Shown in pieces: positions 13,301 through 27,000 of a DNA stretch of 64,000 bases (positions are counted from its first letter, which is position 1; every line of letters begins with the position of its first letter). The notes beneath the pieces were generated by a model. The model searched no databases. It was given only the letters and a program-made list of their open reading frames with translations, and had not been told where the DNA came from. The position numbers and the translations under genes were made by a program. The stretch is from Trichoplax adhaerens (taxonomy: Eukaryota > Animalia > Placozoa): contig NW_002060945.1 of NCBI RefSeq assembly GCF_000150275.1, forward strand, positions 7,392,939 to 7,456,938, written 5' to 3'.

Positions 13301-16300
13301 TATTAGTTGATGAATGATAATCGGTAAAACTTTAAAGACTTTGATGATTTGAAAGAACTTGCCGCAAAATCAAAGGAGAAGGATAGTGACTTTATGTATT
13401 TTTTTTTTTTTTTAACGTAGAGAAGAGTTTCAGGCGAAGGTGATTGACTACCTTATTCGCGTGTGGATAATTTGAAAATTGACTCTTTGTAGTGCTATTC
13501 ACCGTAGTTTGAAATTGCGATTGCTAGGATACACAAGAGGTAGAATTGATGGATCGCCAACATATCCGTATTTACACATAATGGAATAATAACCATGTAG
13601 TTAGAGGTGGAATTGAAATGATACCGCAGCGCAACATTCTAGATTACTTTTAATCTGTAAAGTCTTTGAAATAGGATTTATATCGAAATATTTGTAATTG
13701 GTAATTAGTAATAAAAATGTTGACGCAATATCTATTGCTAGGCTCCAAACTGTCTCGATAACATGATACTGTATATAATTTGTTGCTTGTATAACGAAAC
13801 TTTACTTACTTACAAAGTATTACCGTAGAAATCTAGTGATGGAATGACGCTGGTAATTTACAGTGCTATATATGAGGATCACAAGACCCTGCCGTTAGTA
13901 ATTGATCAATACAAAACTTCTTTAGTCTATTTCAGTAAGAACTTTGTGAATGAATGATCAACATTTCAATTCTTACAGAGTATAAAAGAAATTCAGGATA
14001 ATATAGAATTTGTTTGTACAGTGCTAGATACCGAAGATAGTAGAAAAACTTGCAATCGTTTCGGTGGCTACTCAAAAAAGAGAGAGAGAAAGTGGCATAG
14101 TTGTGCCAGACGATTCGATAACCTATGTGATCGATGATTTTTGCGCCTACTTTAGTTGAACTTACGTACTGTATATCGATGTCGCTATTATGATTATTAA
14201 TTAGGCCTCTTTCGTTTCTGATTTCGAATATTAAGGATATACGAGTGTACAGTATATAGACTATCCTCGTATAGTAGATATTTGTGTGAGAGTTTGACGA
14301 TCTGCTTGTTGGCTGAATCATACTATAAATACCAACTCCAATTACGCTAGTCGATTTCATTAGGTTGATTAACAATAATATTCTATGTGCGAGCTTGTGA
14401 TATTGATATTTGAAAGGTATGCTGGTAAATTACTATAGAATAAAAAATAAACTTGCTATTACAGATTGAATTGAGGGTTTTGTCAGTTTATCGGATAACG
14501 GCCAATGGTAATCGATTGGCTAAGTTGTTTAATGTAGAGCAGTATGATGACGCTGTATAATTTACCTATAGTCTAGATGCCAAAAGTTAGCCTAAGATAC
14601 CCGCTCTAATACTATCGCATAAAATGATATTCAAGTGGATAGTACAACAGTGAACAAGTAGTATACAGTTGCGTAGCAGAACTACAGTAAAGTGTGATGA
14701 TAGTAATTTTGCACTCAGTAACCTGGTTTTTACAAGGTTTCCCTCGGATAAGCACACTGGAGAACTTCGTTTGCGAGAGTGTAGTTTATCCAGTATAATG
14801 GGCTGGAACTGTCCAACTTGACTACATCACGTACTGTATTATATTGAATATCAATAGCGCATGAATGGGGGGGGGGGGAAATGCAATTTCAGGATCATAA
14901 TTGGATTTGCGTTGCGCAAAATTGAATTTTCTTTTCCTTTTTTCGTATTGATTTTATTGGGATAGACTTCCATTTAAATCCGTCTTTGGATGAGTGGAAT
15001 ATTTAATTTTAAAGTTGGGATTCCCTGGTAGTATAGGACAGATGTGTTTAAGTTTTGTATTTTTTCCCGACGAAAAAACAGTGTAAAGACTAATTATAAT
15101 GATAAAGAATAGAAAGAAAGTGGACGGTTTGCAGCAATTGTATGATACGACACGCTTCCCTTTTGCCAATTTAAGTGAATCTTGTACGACAGCATAATAC
15201 ATCGTTAGGACTCAATTGGGTAGAATGATTTGCAGAAATATTGACAATTCGTTTTCAGTTGTATTAAACGTCATCTTGTAACATCATTTTAGTCGTAGTT
15301 GATATAGTCAAAATAAACAGGATAATTGGACAAGTGGATTGAAGTCGATTTTGCTATAGTTTAGGTCAAAATGGCATGGATAAAAAACTAAGTAAATATA
15401 TCGCTTAAATTACAATTTTACAATGTAGAATTATACTACCGGATATTGTTAAATTCTAATGCGAATCAAAACTAGTCGGGTTTACCATGTACTAAGAAAT
15501 GCATTGAAATGGACGTACTGTAATCAACCTAAATTAGTTAGTGATCAAGCTATCATACTTGTTAAAATACACAGTCTTGAAGGAGAATTGGAAAAGAAAG
15601 TAACTTGTATTCAATCTGTGATTGGAAATTGAGCTATCTTTCACTTGTATCATTTTGACGGTTGGCAATTTTACTTGTGCCATTTTTATCATGATATTTT
15701 GAGCCATGTCATTGTTGCCGTTCAGCATACTGTCCATTTGATATAGTGGCAGAGTTTACTGAGTGAATAACAATCAAGTGTATACTAGTGTTTTAGTGGA
15801 ATACTGTAAGCCAAATTCAGTACCCATATTCGATGGGATACTCCATTTGATAGTACAGCGTAAGACTCAGATTTGCACTGGATTGGACTAAGGCAATTTG
15901 TATTCGGAGTTGCTAGTCAACGCCAATCGGAATGGTGCGGCATGACAGAGTCAGTCAGGCGGAGTTGGGAGTAATGTATCTGACTCCAACTTGCCTGTAA
16001 TACAGTATTATCCCATGGAAAGGACTTGACGAGAGCGCTTTACTGTGGATATTCATCTATCCTAAGAATAGAAGAAACGCCACAAAGCTCCCCCGTAAAA
16101 TACTTTCCTTGTCAACGAAATATCCACTTCTGCATATCAGTGTGGTTGAAAGTTCCAGTCAAGCCGAAAGCCGAGTTGAACCCGACTGGAGGAAGGGAGT
16201 GAGGTTAAGTAACTGTTGGTGGAGCGATTGTAGTCAATTCGGCTTGGAAAATCAACCATTGGATGGGGGTTGTGTTTTTACTCCATTTAAGGACTGTCAT

Positions 16301-16928
16301 GCATATGATATAGCTTTTGGAGTGGCATAAGTGAAGGACGACGATCGGTCTTTTGGACTTGTTTATCATCTTCGACTCCACCCGATAGGATGATAGCGCA
16401 GAAAAGGAAAAGACGATCTTGGGACTATGGAGAGTTGATTAGACTGCGCAACGTCCATACTGACCAGTGTACAGTATAGGTACGTACGTTGACGGTATTG
16501 TTGCAAGTTAATTTGCAGTTACTGCCCATTTCATGCTACAATCCAGTCGACGATTGGGTGAAGAGTACTATACTGTACAAATGGATTGTGTTGTGCGTTT
16601 GTTGACGGGTATTACGCAGGCAGTTATTATTAATTAAAATGTCCAATGATGAAGACAGTGAGCGGTAGTCATGGTAGAGGTCGACTTTAAGGTACACACA
16701 AGGAGTGGCTAAGTAAGGTAGAAGAGTCAATGGGGGTGAAAAAGTTGTTTTGTCTTGGTTTTCTAGCATCTGCAGTAGTAGGTGATGATCGTGTCGGTTG
16801 CAGCAACGTTGGAAAAGTGTTGTTGATCAGTTGAAGACAACAAGAGATGATGATTGCACTCGTCTTGTCTACACACTCAATTAACGGCAGTCAATTAAAT
16901 CCATTGATTGATTAATTGACTTGCTCTA

Positions 16929-16982
16929 NNNNNNNNNNNNNNNNNNNNNNNNNNNNNNNNNNNNNNNNNNNNNNNNNNNNNN
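16929..16982. other. Assembly gap (N run)
   Basis: 54 Ns, about 1.1 kb upstream of the PDE8 ATG. Confidence 1.
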
Positions 16983-18056
16983 CAACAATACATCTTGCTC
17001 AGGTTGATTGTTGACATGGACTGGCTTTAGATACCAGCCATTTCCATGACGTCGTTACAATAAATTAGCCAATCATCCACGTTGCTTCAATAGTGCCAAC
17101 CAATCAGACGACAAGCAATTCTTGTCGTCATTCCATTGCTTGTCTTTGATTGGCTGGATGATGTTAGGCCTTCAGTAAAACAATAGCACTGCAAATGGAT
17201 CCACGCCCTTTTCATCGGTTCCCATAGTGAGAAGAGGCAGTAGGCATTTTTTTTTGTGTGTGTCTTGTTGTTGTTGTTGTCTACTATCATCATCATCATC
17301 ATCGCTAGGTTTCATTTTATAAAGTCTGCTGTAAACGAGTGGAAAAAGAGACTATCCAAGTGGATTGCTGCCATCGACAACTTGTGTGTATACTTTAGCC
17401 TACTGCGCTAGCAATATCAGTTATGATGGACTATTACTTTTAGATTGGTGGCCATCACCAGCGTATTGGCTAGGGCAAGAGAAATTGCGAAATTGTTTTT
17501 GGGGTTTTTTTTTCTTTTTTTCCAACGCCTTGTCTTGTTGCAAGTGGTGCATGATCAAGACTTGTCGCTTTGTGTCTTGGTGATTGATTGTTTTTTCTTT
17601 CCTTTTCTTGTCCCCTTGCCTTGTTTGCTAGACGAGCGAGAGAGAGACGACGCCGCCGCTGTGCAAGGAAAATTACTTCCATTTCCCCCCCCTCCCCTCT
17701 CTATCCAGCCACAACAACATTAATCTGCTGCATTGCAATCATTATTCTCCAATATTGGAAAAAAAGAAAGAATTTGGTCGTCGTGGATCGATCACAACAC
17801 CATCATCAACTTATCCATTCCTCTCTCTCTCTCTCATCACCTCGTGATCGATCTCTATGCAGCCGATAGATTGGCCATTTTCAATCGATTGATTCAACAA
17901 GACCAATAAAATTGTAGGGGGCTCTGTCGAACCTGACTGCCTCTCTCTCTCTCTCTCTCTTTTATCCAAGTCATTTTGGGGCCTAGGTTACTTGGGGATT
18001 GCTGACAAGAAAGAGTCACACTTTCAAATCTTCTTTTTTATGATCGTGGAGAGCTA

Positions 18057-21000
18057 ATGGGGTGCTCTCCTAGCCAAGCTACACCAGATCCTGCTTCTGA
18101 AACGATACCCAACGGACAAAATATGAATCATCCACCAAACTCAGAAACAGATAGTGCCAACGGCAATTCATCACGAATCCAATCCAATGGAAACAGTACT
18201 AACGGCGAAGTCAAGGTAAAGTCACATGTTGCCAACAACAAAAAATTTTCACTCCATTTTAATTGCACTATTCAAGGATAGCAATCAATCTTTTCAACTC
18301 AATCCACTCCTCATTTGGACCCATATCGCTTTCATTTCTTCTCCATTTTCCCCAACCAATTAGTCGTCATTCAATCACTTTCTTATCCTTTTTACTTTAA
18401 CATTCAATCTTGTTACGCGACAAGATCCACTTGATTCTTTCTTTCCCCATACCCCATGGCTTAGTTACGTCCTCGATCAACATGGTTCAAATCTTTCCAT
18501 CATGTCGTTGAAGAATAGGATAGAAAAAAAAAAAACCCCCAAGTAATTCATGAATCAAGACTACAGTAACGGGATAAATTTTCTCTTTTGTTATGCAATC
18601 ATCATGGCCATTTTTTTTTTTTTCTTCCTCCTCCTTTTTATTCTACTCTACTTTCGCTCTCTATCCAATGCATCCATTCTGGCATGGCCTTTTTCCATCG
18701 TTTTTCACCAACATTCTCTTTTCTCTTTCTTGATAGTCAATCAACCAGCAAGTATCAACTTGATTGTACAAGAGTAGTAGTACTACCGTAGTCCTAGTTG
18801 TAGTACCCAATTGAAATAAATGTTGTCTAGTAACAACATGATTGAAAAAAAAGGATATTTCTCTATTTTTACTCATCAATGTTTGCTTTCTTATTTTGAC
18901 CATCACAACGAGAAGAATCATCGCGATCATCATGGCACCCTAACCCTATTCCTCCTTCATGCAACCATCACCTTGGTCGTCATGAAAAGCTTTTTTTCTT
19001 CTTGCTAACAACCAACGGCTAATCAACCCATTTTATATTCATCGTTGTTACCCTTCAAACCATTCTTTTCTACCCATTTTTCCTACTCTTGCTACCGTTG
19101 ATTGTCTCTTTTTTTTTTTTCTACTCTATATGTTACAGATTCCCCCCCGTCTCTAAAAAAAAATGACTTTTCCCCCCCCCCCCCCTCTATTTTTTCTTGT
19201 TCAATATCTGATCTTGATGTACTGTAACTACATTTTTATTAGATTCGTAAATATTCTCGGGAACTTGGAGTGACAGTCTGCTTTGGTCCAATGAAAGTTA
19301 TCCAACCGCAAATGAAGGTAAGTCCAGACTTGAAAATTTTCCCCGCACTCAAATGAGACACAGTATTTTTGTATTTCTTTTACCAACCTTTTATCTTGCC
19401 CCAAATCCTTTTCATCTGCATTTTTCTTTCAATACCAAGACATTTTTTTTTCCGCCTGAAATGATTTTGAGTACACTACTTTTCTATATAGAGGTAGAGG
19501 TTGGTAAAATAGTATTTAAAGTTTGAATTTTATTGCATCCATGATTGATTATGACGTCGACTAACACGCAGAGTGGGACAACCAACAAGATGTCCAATGT
19601 ATGCAGACGATTGAAAATAATTTCCAATTTAATCTCATGATTGGTTTCATTACACTTTGGACGACAAAGTTAGTTGTTGATCCTGAAATGGATAGCATCA
19701 TTACTACAGTCATGTCGGCCATACTTGAATACTAGACACAAGAGTAAGTAAGCGCTTTTTCAACTGGGATATGGCAGTCTGTTGCCATGTATCTTGACGG
19801 AATGATTACACCCTTTCCATCTCATTTTTTGACGTTGTCAAGTAAAAAGGACGAGAAAAATTGTAGCGTAACAGTAGACTCGATCTCTTTCTTGCATAGC
19901 AAAGGATCCATTTCTTGTGGATAAACAACCATTTCCACTCCCTTCAAGTCTAGACGGCTCCAAGTTTGCATCAAACTGTTGTTGATCTTACCGTCGGCGA
20001 AGGAGGATAAAAAAAACACATAACCCATGATGACAATTTGGGTCCATTTGCACATGGCTATATTTTTTTTTCTCTTTTTCTTCCTCCAAATCACCAATGT
20101 TGTATAGTATTGGACACACAGTGTCTTTCATTTCGTACGTCATTTTATTTAGTGGGAGGACAATTGTCAGACCTTTTCTCTCGTTTTATTTAACCTTGTT
20201 GTCTCCGCGCTATCCATTTTGGCAATACCTGTAGTAGGATATTATCCGTCAATTAGCCTATTTCCAATGGTATTTGGCTGGGATTCCATGATAGAAAAGG
20301 CTGATATCTGGGTGGCTTTTGCGCTACACAGAGATGAGCCACTCTCTTGTCCATTTTACCTACTTTCAATCCGTTGTAAAATAGATTGCGTAGCAATGGA
20401 AAGGCCATTTTCCCCACTACACTCGATCGTAGTGGATTGAAGAAGAAGACGAATGGCGCATTCTTAATAGACATATCTCAGTATGGGGTAGATTGAATGC
20501 AGGTTATTTTACTCTACACTATTGATTCATAGCTGGAAAAAATAGTAGCAAGAGTCACGACTAAATCCATCAGTTGACTGCTGCCACATTGCATTCCGCC
20601 TTCAAAATTCATCATGGACCCTATTAAAGACAGCGCTGTCCATTTTTTTTTCCTGCCTTTTCCGTTGCTACCCAACCATATTACGACGTTGAAATTCCAT
20701 ATCAAATCCCTTACTGTCGCAACTCTTGGTTTGGACGCCTAAAATTGGCATGGGCAATACTAAAGTAGGAATGGTCTTTAGTCATTTATCCTGATTCTTC
20801 ATCACCAGTCCGAGATGATCGCTTGCTAGCAGTAGTAGTTTTTATTCATTAGGTTTGCCTTCGCAATCGATTTTCAAACATGAATTACAGTAGTCTACAG
20901 TGTCGGCAATAGCCAGAATGGAAAAGATGAATTTTTTTTCCATTTATCCATGCTGTACAAGTAGAGTTGAGAGTACTGTCCAATGACACGCTGATTATTT

Positions 21001-24000
21001 TTTCTTCAACAAACTCGTCGACCAACTTTGAAAAGTTGGTCGACATTTATTTCTTGCATAGAAAATGATTTACTCGTAGGTTTATTACTGTATCGGAGGC
21101 TAATAGACTAATAGACTATCCTAGTCTATTAGCCTTGGGTATTGAGTCGATATCGTAAGCTGCTATGCAAGTAGGAGAAAATGTTCACCTTCATGTCCAT
21201 GATGGTAAGCTATCTTGAAGTTTTCACAACCATAGATTGATATGAGTGGAGCAGCAGTCTATTCCTTTTACCTTGAAGACACTGAAAGAGTAGCTTCTAT
21301 GCCAGAAAGGATGATTGCATTTGGGATTGGTTGACCGGTAGCGGATATTCTCGTTCATGGAAAGTGGCATAAAAATGATGGATGATTAAATACGACTTGT
21401 TTCTTCCCTTTTGGGAAACTTTGTTCTATCGGAACAACGCTTGCATCTTGATTCATTTTACACTATTGATCATCCACTCTTGTATTTTACGAATATGATC
21501 CATGTTCAAGATTGTTGGTTGAGCATTGAATGATGTTGATAGTCTAAGCTGGATTTTAGTCCATTTGGCTAGATGAAAAGAGAGTCGTCTATTGCCACAG
21601 TAAGGAGAGACTCATTCGATCGCTAGTCCCATCAAAATTAGAACATAAAGTTGTTTCTTGGCGGCATCATGATGTCAAAATGGAGACATGGATGAAGATC
21701 GATTGGATGATCCAATCGATTTTCATGCAAGCATGGATAAATATGGAAGAAAAGGGAATGATTAGCATATTACATTAGATTGAAAAAGGCAAAGTACAGT
21801 AGCTCGTCTAGAAAGTCAAATAGTCGTCATTGCATCAAAGATGGACATGAAAAATATTGATAGGAGAATTGAGCGATGATCGCGACTAACTGGATGTTGA
21901 TGATGAATCCGATCAAGAGTTGATTGCATCTTTTGACTTGGAGGAGAAGTTTTTGTTGTCATTCTATTTTTTTTGTTGTTGTTGTTGCTGTTCATAGAGA
22001 TGGTGACAACTTTTGCCTTGACAATAAAAAAATCCAAGTTGGAGGTTAAATGGACATTGGACCATCTTGTTCCCCTATTTTTCCTCCATTTTTTCAGTAT
22101 TAAATTGATGTTGTCTCACTGGGTTATGGCGATCCATGTTGATTGTCTTGAAGAGGAAAAAAAAAAAAAAACCAGCCAGGCTGTTTCTTCGTCGTCCATC
22201 ACAAGGATAAATAAATTAAATATTAATATGGTTGGTAACCGATTGTCCTCTATCATCATTATGGTCAACTTGAAAAATCAGTTGGGGGTGGGTAGCAAAA
22301 AAGAACGCTTGCAGTTATCCTATGGCGAGGCATTTCTTCATTTGCCATGAGTCTTGCATTAGCCGATTCCCGATAGAATTGGCCCATGGAATGAGATTGA
22401 ACTACTGTACCAAGAGGTTTTCCATTGCAACAATTTGCCTACCCTTTCTATCGTCTTTTCCAAAGGGCCAAGGAAAGGGAAGGGAAAAAAGGAAAAGCAA
22501 TACTTCAACGAGAAAGTTACCTTTCATGGTAGTGGTTAAGAGTTGAATATCTGACCTATAGTATATTGTATATCTAGGGTCTTGATGGTTGGCTGCCAAA
22601 ATAAAATGCAATCCATTCCTAAATAGTTTAGGCCATTTCAATGACGAATTATGACTATCATCACCATTATCTGATTGAAATAACAACATGATGATGATGA
22701 TGATAGATTGCCTTCCTCCCCCCCAATTTTTCAATCACTGTCTATTCTACCTCGGCAAGGACGCAATAGCTAGGATTCATTTTCCATCCAGTCGTTTACA
22801 TTACTCGACGTGGCCCTAAGTTGATCTTTTTCCCCTTTTGGTAATATTAACGTCATGATGGCATTAGGGTTGCCAAAATGGCAGACCGCCAAGAATATTG
22901 CATCGATGGTAATTTTTTCATGGCCGATAGTCTCTTCTCATCATTGTTGTCCATCTTTTCGTCTTGCTTTAAATATGACTTTCTTAATCGCTGCATGACG
23001 ATAAAAGCAACGAATGAAAATAAATGGCGATTCTGATGACAATCCTCTCCCCTTCAACTTCATTCAGGTTGAGATTCTTTCTGTGATACTAGCCTAAAAA
23101 AGGGGGGAAGAGAGAGAATAGACTATCGCCTAATTTTGGGATACCCTTCAACAAAGTGATGATCCTAGCTTACAAGTCCACAACATAACTTGGCTATTAC
23201 AAAACTTGAAACATCAAATGCAAGTGTTGATTTTTGCCTTCGTCTACGTTGACAACATTGTGCAATATGAATTATGATGTCGTTGCAACGGCCAAAGGGA
23301 AAGGATTGCTCGACAAATACGAGTTGATGTTGGCATCAATCCGCTCGCTAGTCCTGAATATTGAGCATGGATAGCAGCGTTGAAATCAACCGAGACAGGG
23401 TCTACATGTCCAAGCTTAAACCTAGAAAAGTCTACATGTCCACGCTTAAACCTAGAAAAGTCTACATGTCCAAGCTTAAACCTAGAAAAGTCTACATGTC
23501 CACGCTTAAACCTAGAAAGTTCTACATGTCCACGCTTAAACCTAGAAAAGTCTACATGTCCACGCTTAAACCTAGAAAAGTCTACATGTCCAAACCTAGA
23601 AAAATCTACATGTCCATGCTTAAACCTAGAAAAGTCTACATGTCCAAGCTTAAACCTAGAAAAATCTACATATCCAAGCTTAAACCTAGAAAAGTTCTAC
23701 ATGTGTTTCATTTTTGGAGTAGCCAACTTGACAATAGTTGAAGCAATTACTTGCAAAGAAAAATGAAAACAATTCAAGTAAAATGGTTCAACTACCCAAT
23801 AAAATGGATGCCTATAGTCTTGTTTGCTATAGGCATGAAATTATTCCTGTATGCTTACTTTTATTGAATAAAACAGAAAGGAATAGAAAGAAAGAAGGAA
23901 GGTTCAAAACAACAAAAGCGATCCATTTACAAATAGTGTCTACAAAATTGCATGGAGAAAGAGCGCTGCATGATTGCCCTACCAACCAACCATTGCAATC

Positions 24001-27000
24001 GATTGCAGCAACTTATGGGGTTGGTGGACATTTGTCCCTTGCAATCCTTTTCCTTTTTGCCTCTATTTCAATGCTATCCGCTGTAGGAGAGGGTAAAAGG
24101 TTGGGTAAGATAGGACATGTGGGTCAAGGATGAGATAGGAGGATGCAAGGAAGAAAACGATGATCGACGTAGGCTTAGCCATTCTCCAACCAAAAGAATA
24201 CCATTGCTGTAGGCCATTTCAAGATGGTGTTGTCTTAGAATGGAAAATGTCGATATACCATAGCAAAAAGAGATCTCCATTTGCTGAATGTGCTTCTCCA
24301 CTTCAAGCCTAATACGAGTTGGACCATCCTTCATGCTTGTTTTTGGGCCATTGATGAAAACCCAATGTGTTAGTCGATTCGTATTCCATGATGGCCGCAT
24401 AGCCAGACAAGGATTGATTTGGACATTTGCCTAAGGTAGTGATCCATTTGACTCTAATACAAGTTGGACGACAATCGTTTTTGCTTTCCAAGAATTGAAT
24501 GTAAAAGTGCAACCACACTTGCTTTCATTTTCAATTTGCAATATTATGGCGTAGATAGGCATAAAAGCAAAGCGCTCGCTATCCAAATTGCATTCTCAAT
24601 AGCCAAAGAGATTGATTTTTAGCGTCTACCTTTGACATCAGCGAGTTGATGATGCAATAAATTCAACGATGGACACTACTACGCCATACTTTGATCATCA
24701 TCATGGCTTGCAAGTACACCATTGGCCTTGTTGACTGTTTCTACAACAACTTTATTCAGCTTTTCTGGATGATAATACAGCGCAAGACTTCCTTGTGTCG
24801 AAAGAACATTCATGCTGTGAAATGGCACTAGGGGCAATTTCCCCAATTTAGCCCCCTGCCATGCCTAATGCGTTCTCCTTCTCCTGCTAAGCCACTATAC
24901 CATACTTGTATGACAAGTAATTCATGCTATAAATTGCAATAGAAATGTGTCCAATTTGCCTTTCCAACTCATTCTACTTCATTAAGCACATCATTAGCCT
25001 TGATCCAATATGATTCTTTTTTTTTTATGGCCAAAAATATTCTTGAAATGATTGCAGTCGTAAATTGAACCCTACTGTCAATGAGAAGCCAATGGATGCT
25101 ATCAAGGGGAATGGAGAATTGTCCAATTTCTATTTGTTTTACTACTATCCACGAGTGTCACTGCAAAAAGGAATAGCCCTCCATTTTTCAATGATCAACG
25201 CATCCAACATGGATTGGATGTAGAAGAGTAACTCCAAATTGATCAGATGAAGTTCCTACTCTACTGGTGAAAATCAATCCTTGTACAAATTAATTCTTCA
25301 ATTTCAATGACGATGAGCACCATGGATGGTGGTGGCATTAGCCAAACTGGGACATGATCGATTACAAAATGGATATTAGAACATGTCCATAGTGGAAGAA
25401 AGCAATGGAATAGGATTAGGTTGATTGGGGGGGAATCATCCCTTGTCGAGGATGGAAGTTGAAAGGCAACAATTTGGCGCAAAAAGAATGAGTGATGATG
25501 TATCGACATTTTATTTCAAATTGGACATGGAAAAAAAGGATTAGTTAGACTCTATTTCCTTCTTACAATATACGAGTAGAAAAAGACGAATGATCAATAC
25601 TTGTATCGCTAGCCATTGCATGGAGAAAGGGAGTAAAGAGACGACGATAGGCAAATCTCTCCATATTCATTTCAACTTGTTGTCTTCATGTTGATTTTGT
25701 AATGGAAATTTCCCTCCCCCTTGTTTGGTAAAGCCATTCATTTCTTTCTTGTACAACTATCGCCATGACAGGATAGTCAAAAATAGGCAAGCTATCATCG
25801 ACTACAAGACTACAGTCTATGTTAGAACCAGTTGAACAGACAACGTTGTTGCAATCTTCGTTCTCTTTCTCCGTCGGTTGTTGAAAGAGGGAGACAGCAG
25901 CAATGGCCCTCCATATTGACAGCCAAGGCTATCCGCTCAGTTGAAGAAGAATGCTATTGACTTCAAACAAGGTTATTATTATTTATGAAGGCCAATGGAA
26001 TTATTAATATGCCAATGATTGCTAGTCCATGTTTAGAAATGGCTAAAAAAAACCGAGCATTCTAGTCGGCACATTGTCCTTTTTTCCTTATTCATTAACG
26101 TTGTTTTTCAACGAGGAAAGGTAAAATGGCTATCCCCCCCCCCTATGGAGAAGAAAATGCCTGCCTGAAGAGAAATGATTCAAATCCATGTTGAAAATTA
26201 GTATTGCTTTTGTCGGGCCTTCTTGAGAAGACAGGAAAAGGCAATTGATGAAGATTTGAGTCGATCGATAGAATATTGTCCAATGGGCCATTTTGGTCAT
26301 AGAAAGCGACAATACCGGAAAAGGGGAGTCCATATTCAACTTGACAAAATGAAAGGATTCTCATGCCAGCTACTCTCTTCTTCTTCTTCTCCAAATGCAG
26401 ATGAGATGCACAAGGAGAATGGGAAGAAATAGTGTTGGCTAGTCAAGGTAGCAACTTGAAGGAGAGTTGAACGTTATGATGGTGGAAAGGACAGCGGTCG
26501 ATCAACCGACTGTGGTGATGTAGGCAAATAGGAGGAATAGCAGGAAATGTTGTTCTACTTGTAGAGACTATTGAATTGGATCGCTGCATGAAAGGGGGCA
26601 AGACAAGCAAAAGTTACTTGTCATCATGGTGGAAAATAGGGAGATGCAAGTGTAGAAATGGGTCCAAGACAACATTTGTCAAACGGATAAGGGAAGAGTT
26701 TAATGGTTGTAGCTTAGTGAAGACGAAAACAATTTCTTGCTAACATGCAATCAATCAACAAGACGCACTAAATGGGCTTGAATGATGATTAGAAGCAAGC
26801 ATGGCCATTTTAGCCATAGCCTTGATGAAATGGAGTATTTTATGTCATTTTTCCCCTCCTCTTTCTCTCTTTTTATTGATTTTTTTGATTGATTCATTTT
26901 TGATTGGGGTTTTACGCCAATCTTTTTCCATCATTTGTGAAAGAAGGAGAAAATGAGTTGTTGTTAAAATGACATTTTTGTTGAGCATGGAAGAAAATGG

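Noticed and set aside
13932-14375. 147-aa minus-strand ORF
   Set aside because: Ile/Tyr/Ser-rich translation typical of AT-rich non-coding DNA; no motif recognised.
23400-23704. CRISPR-like array of 30-bp repeats
   Set aside because: The repeats are contiguous with no unique spacers, there are no cas genes, and the context is a eukaryotic intron.
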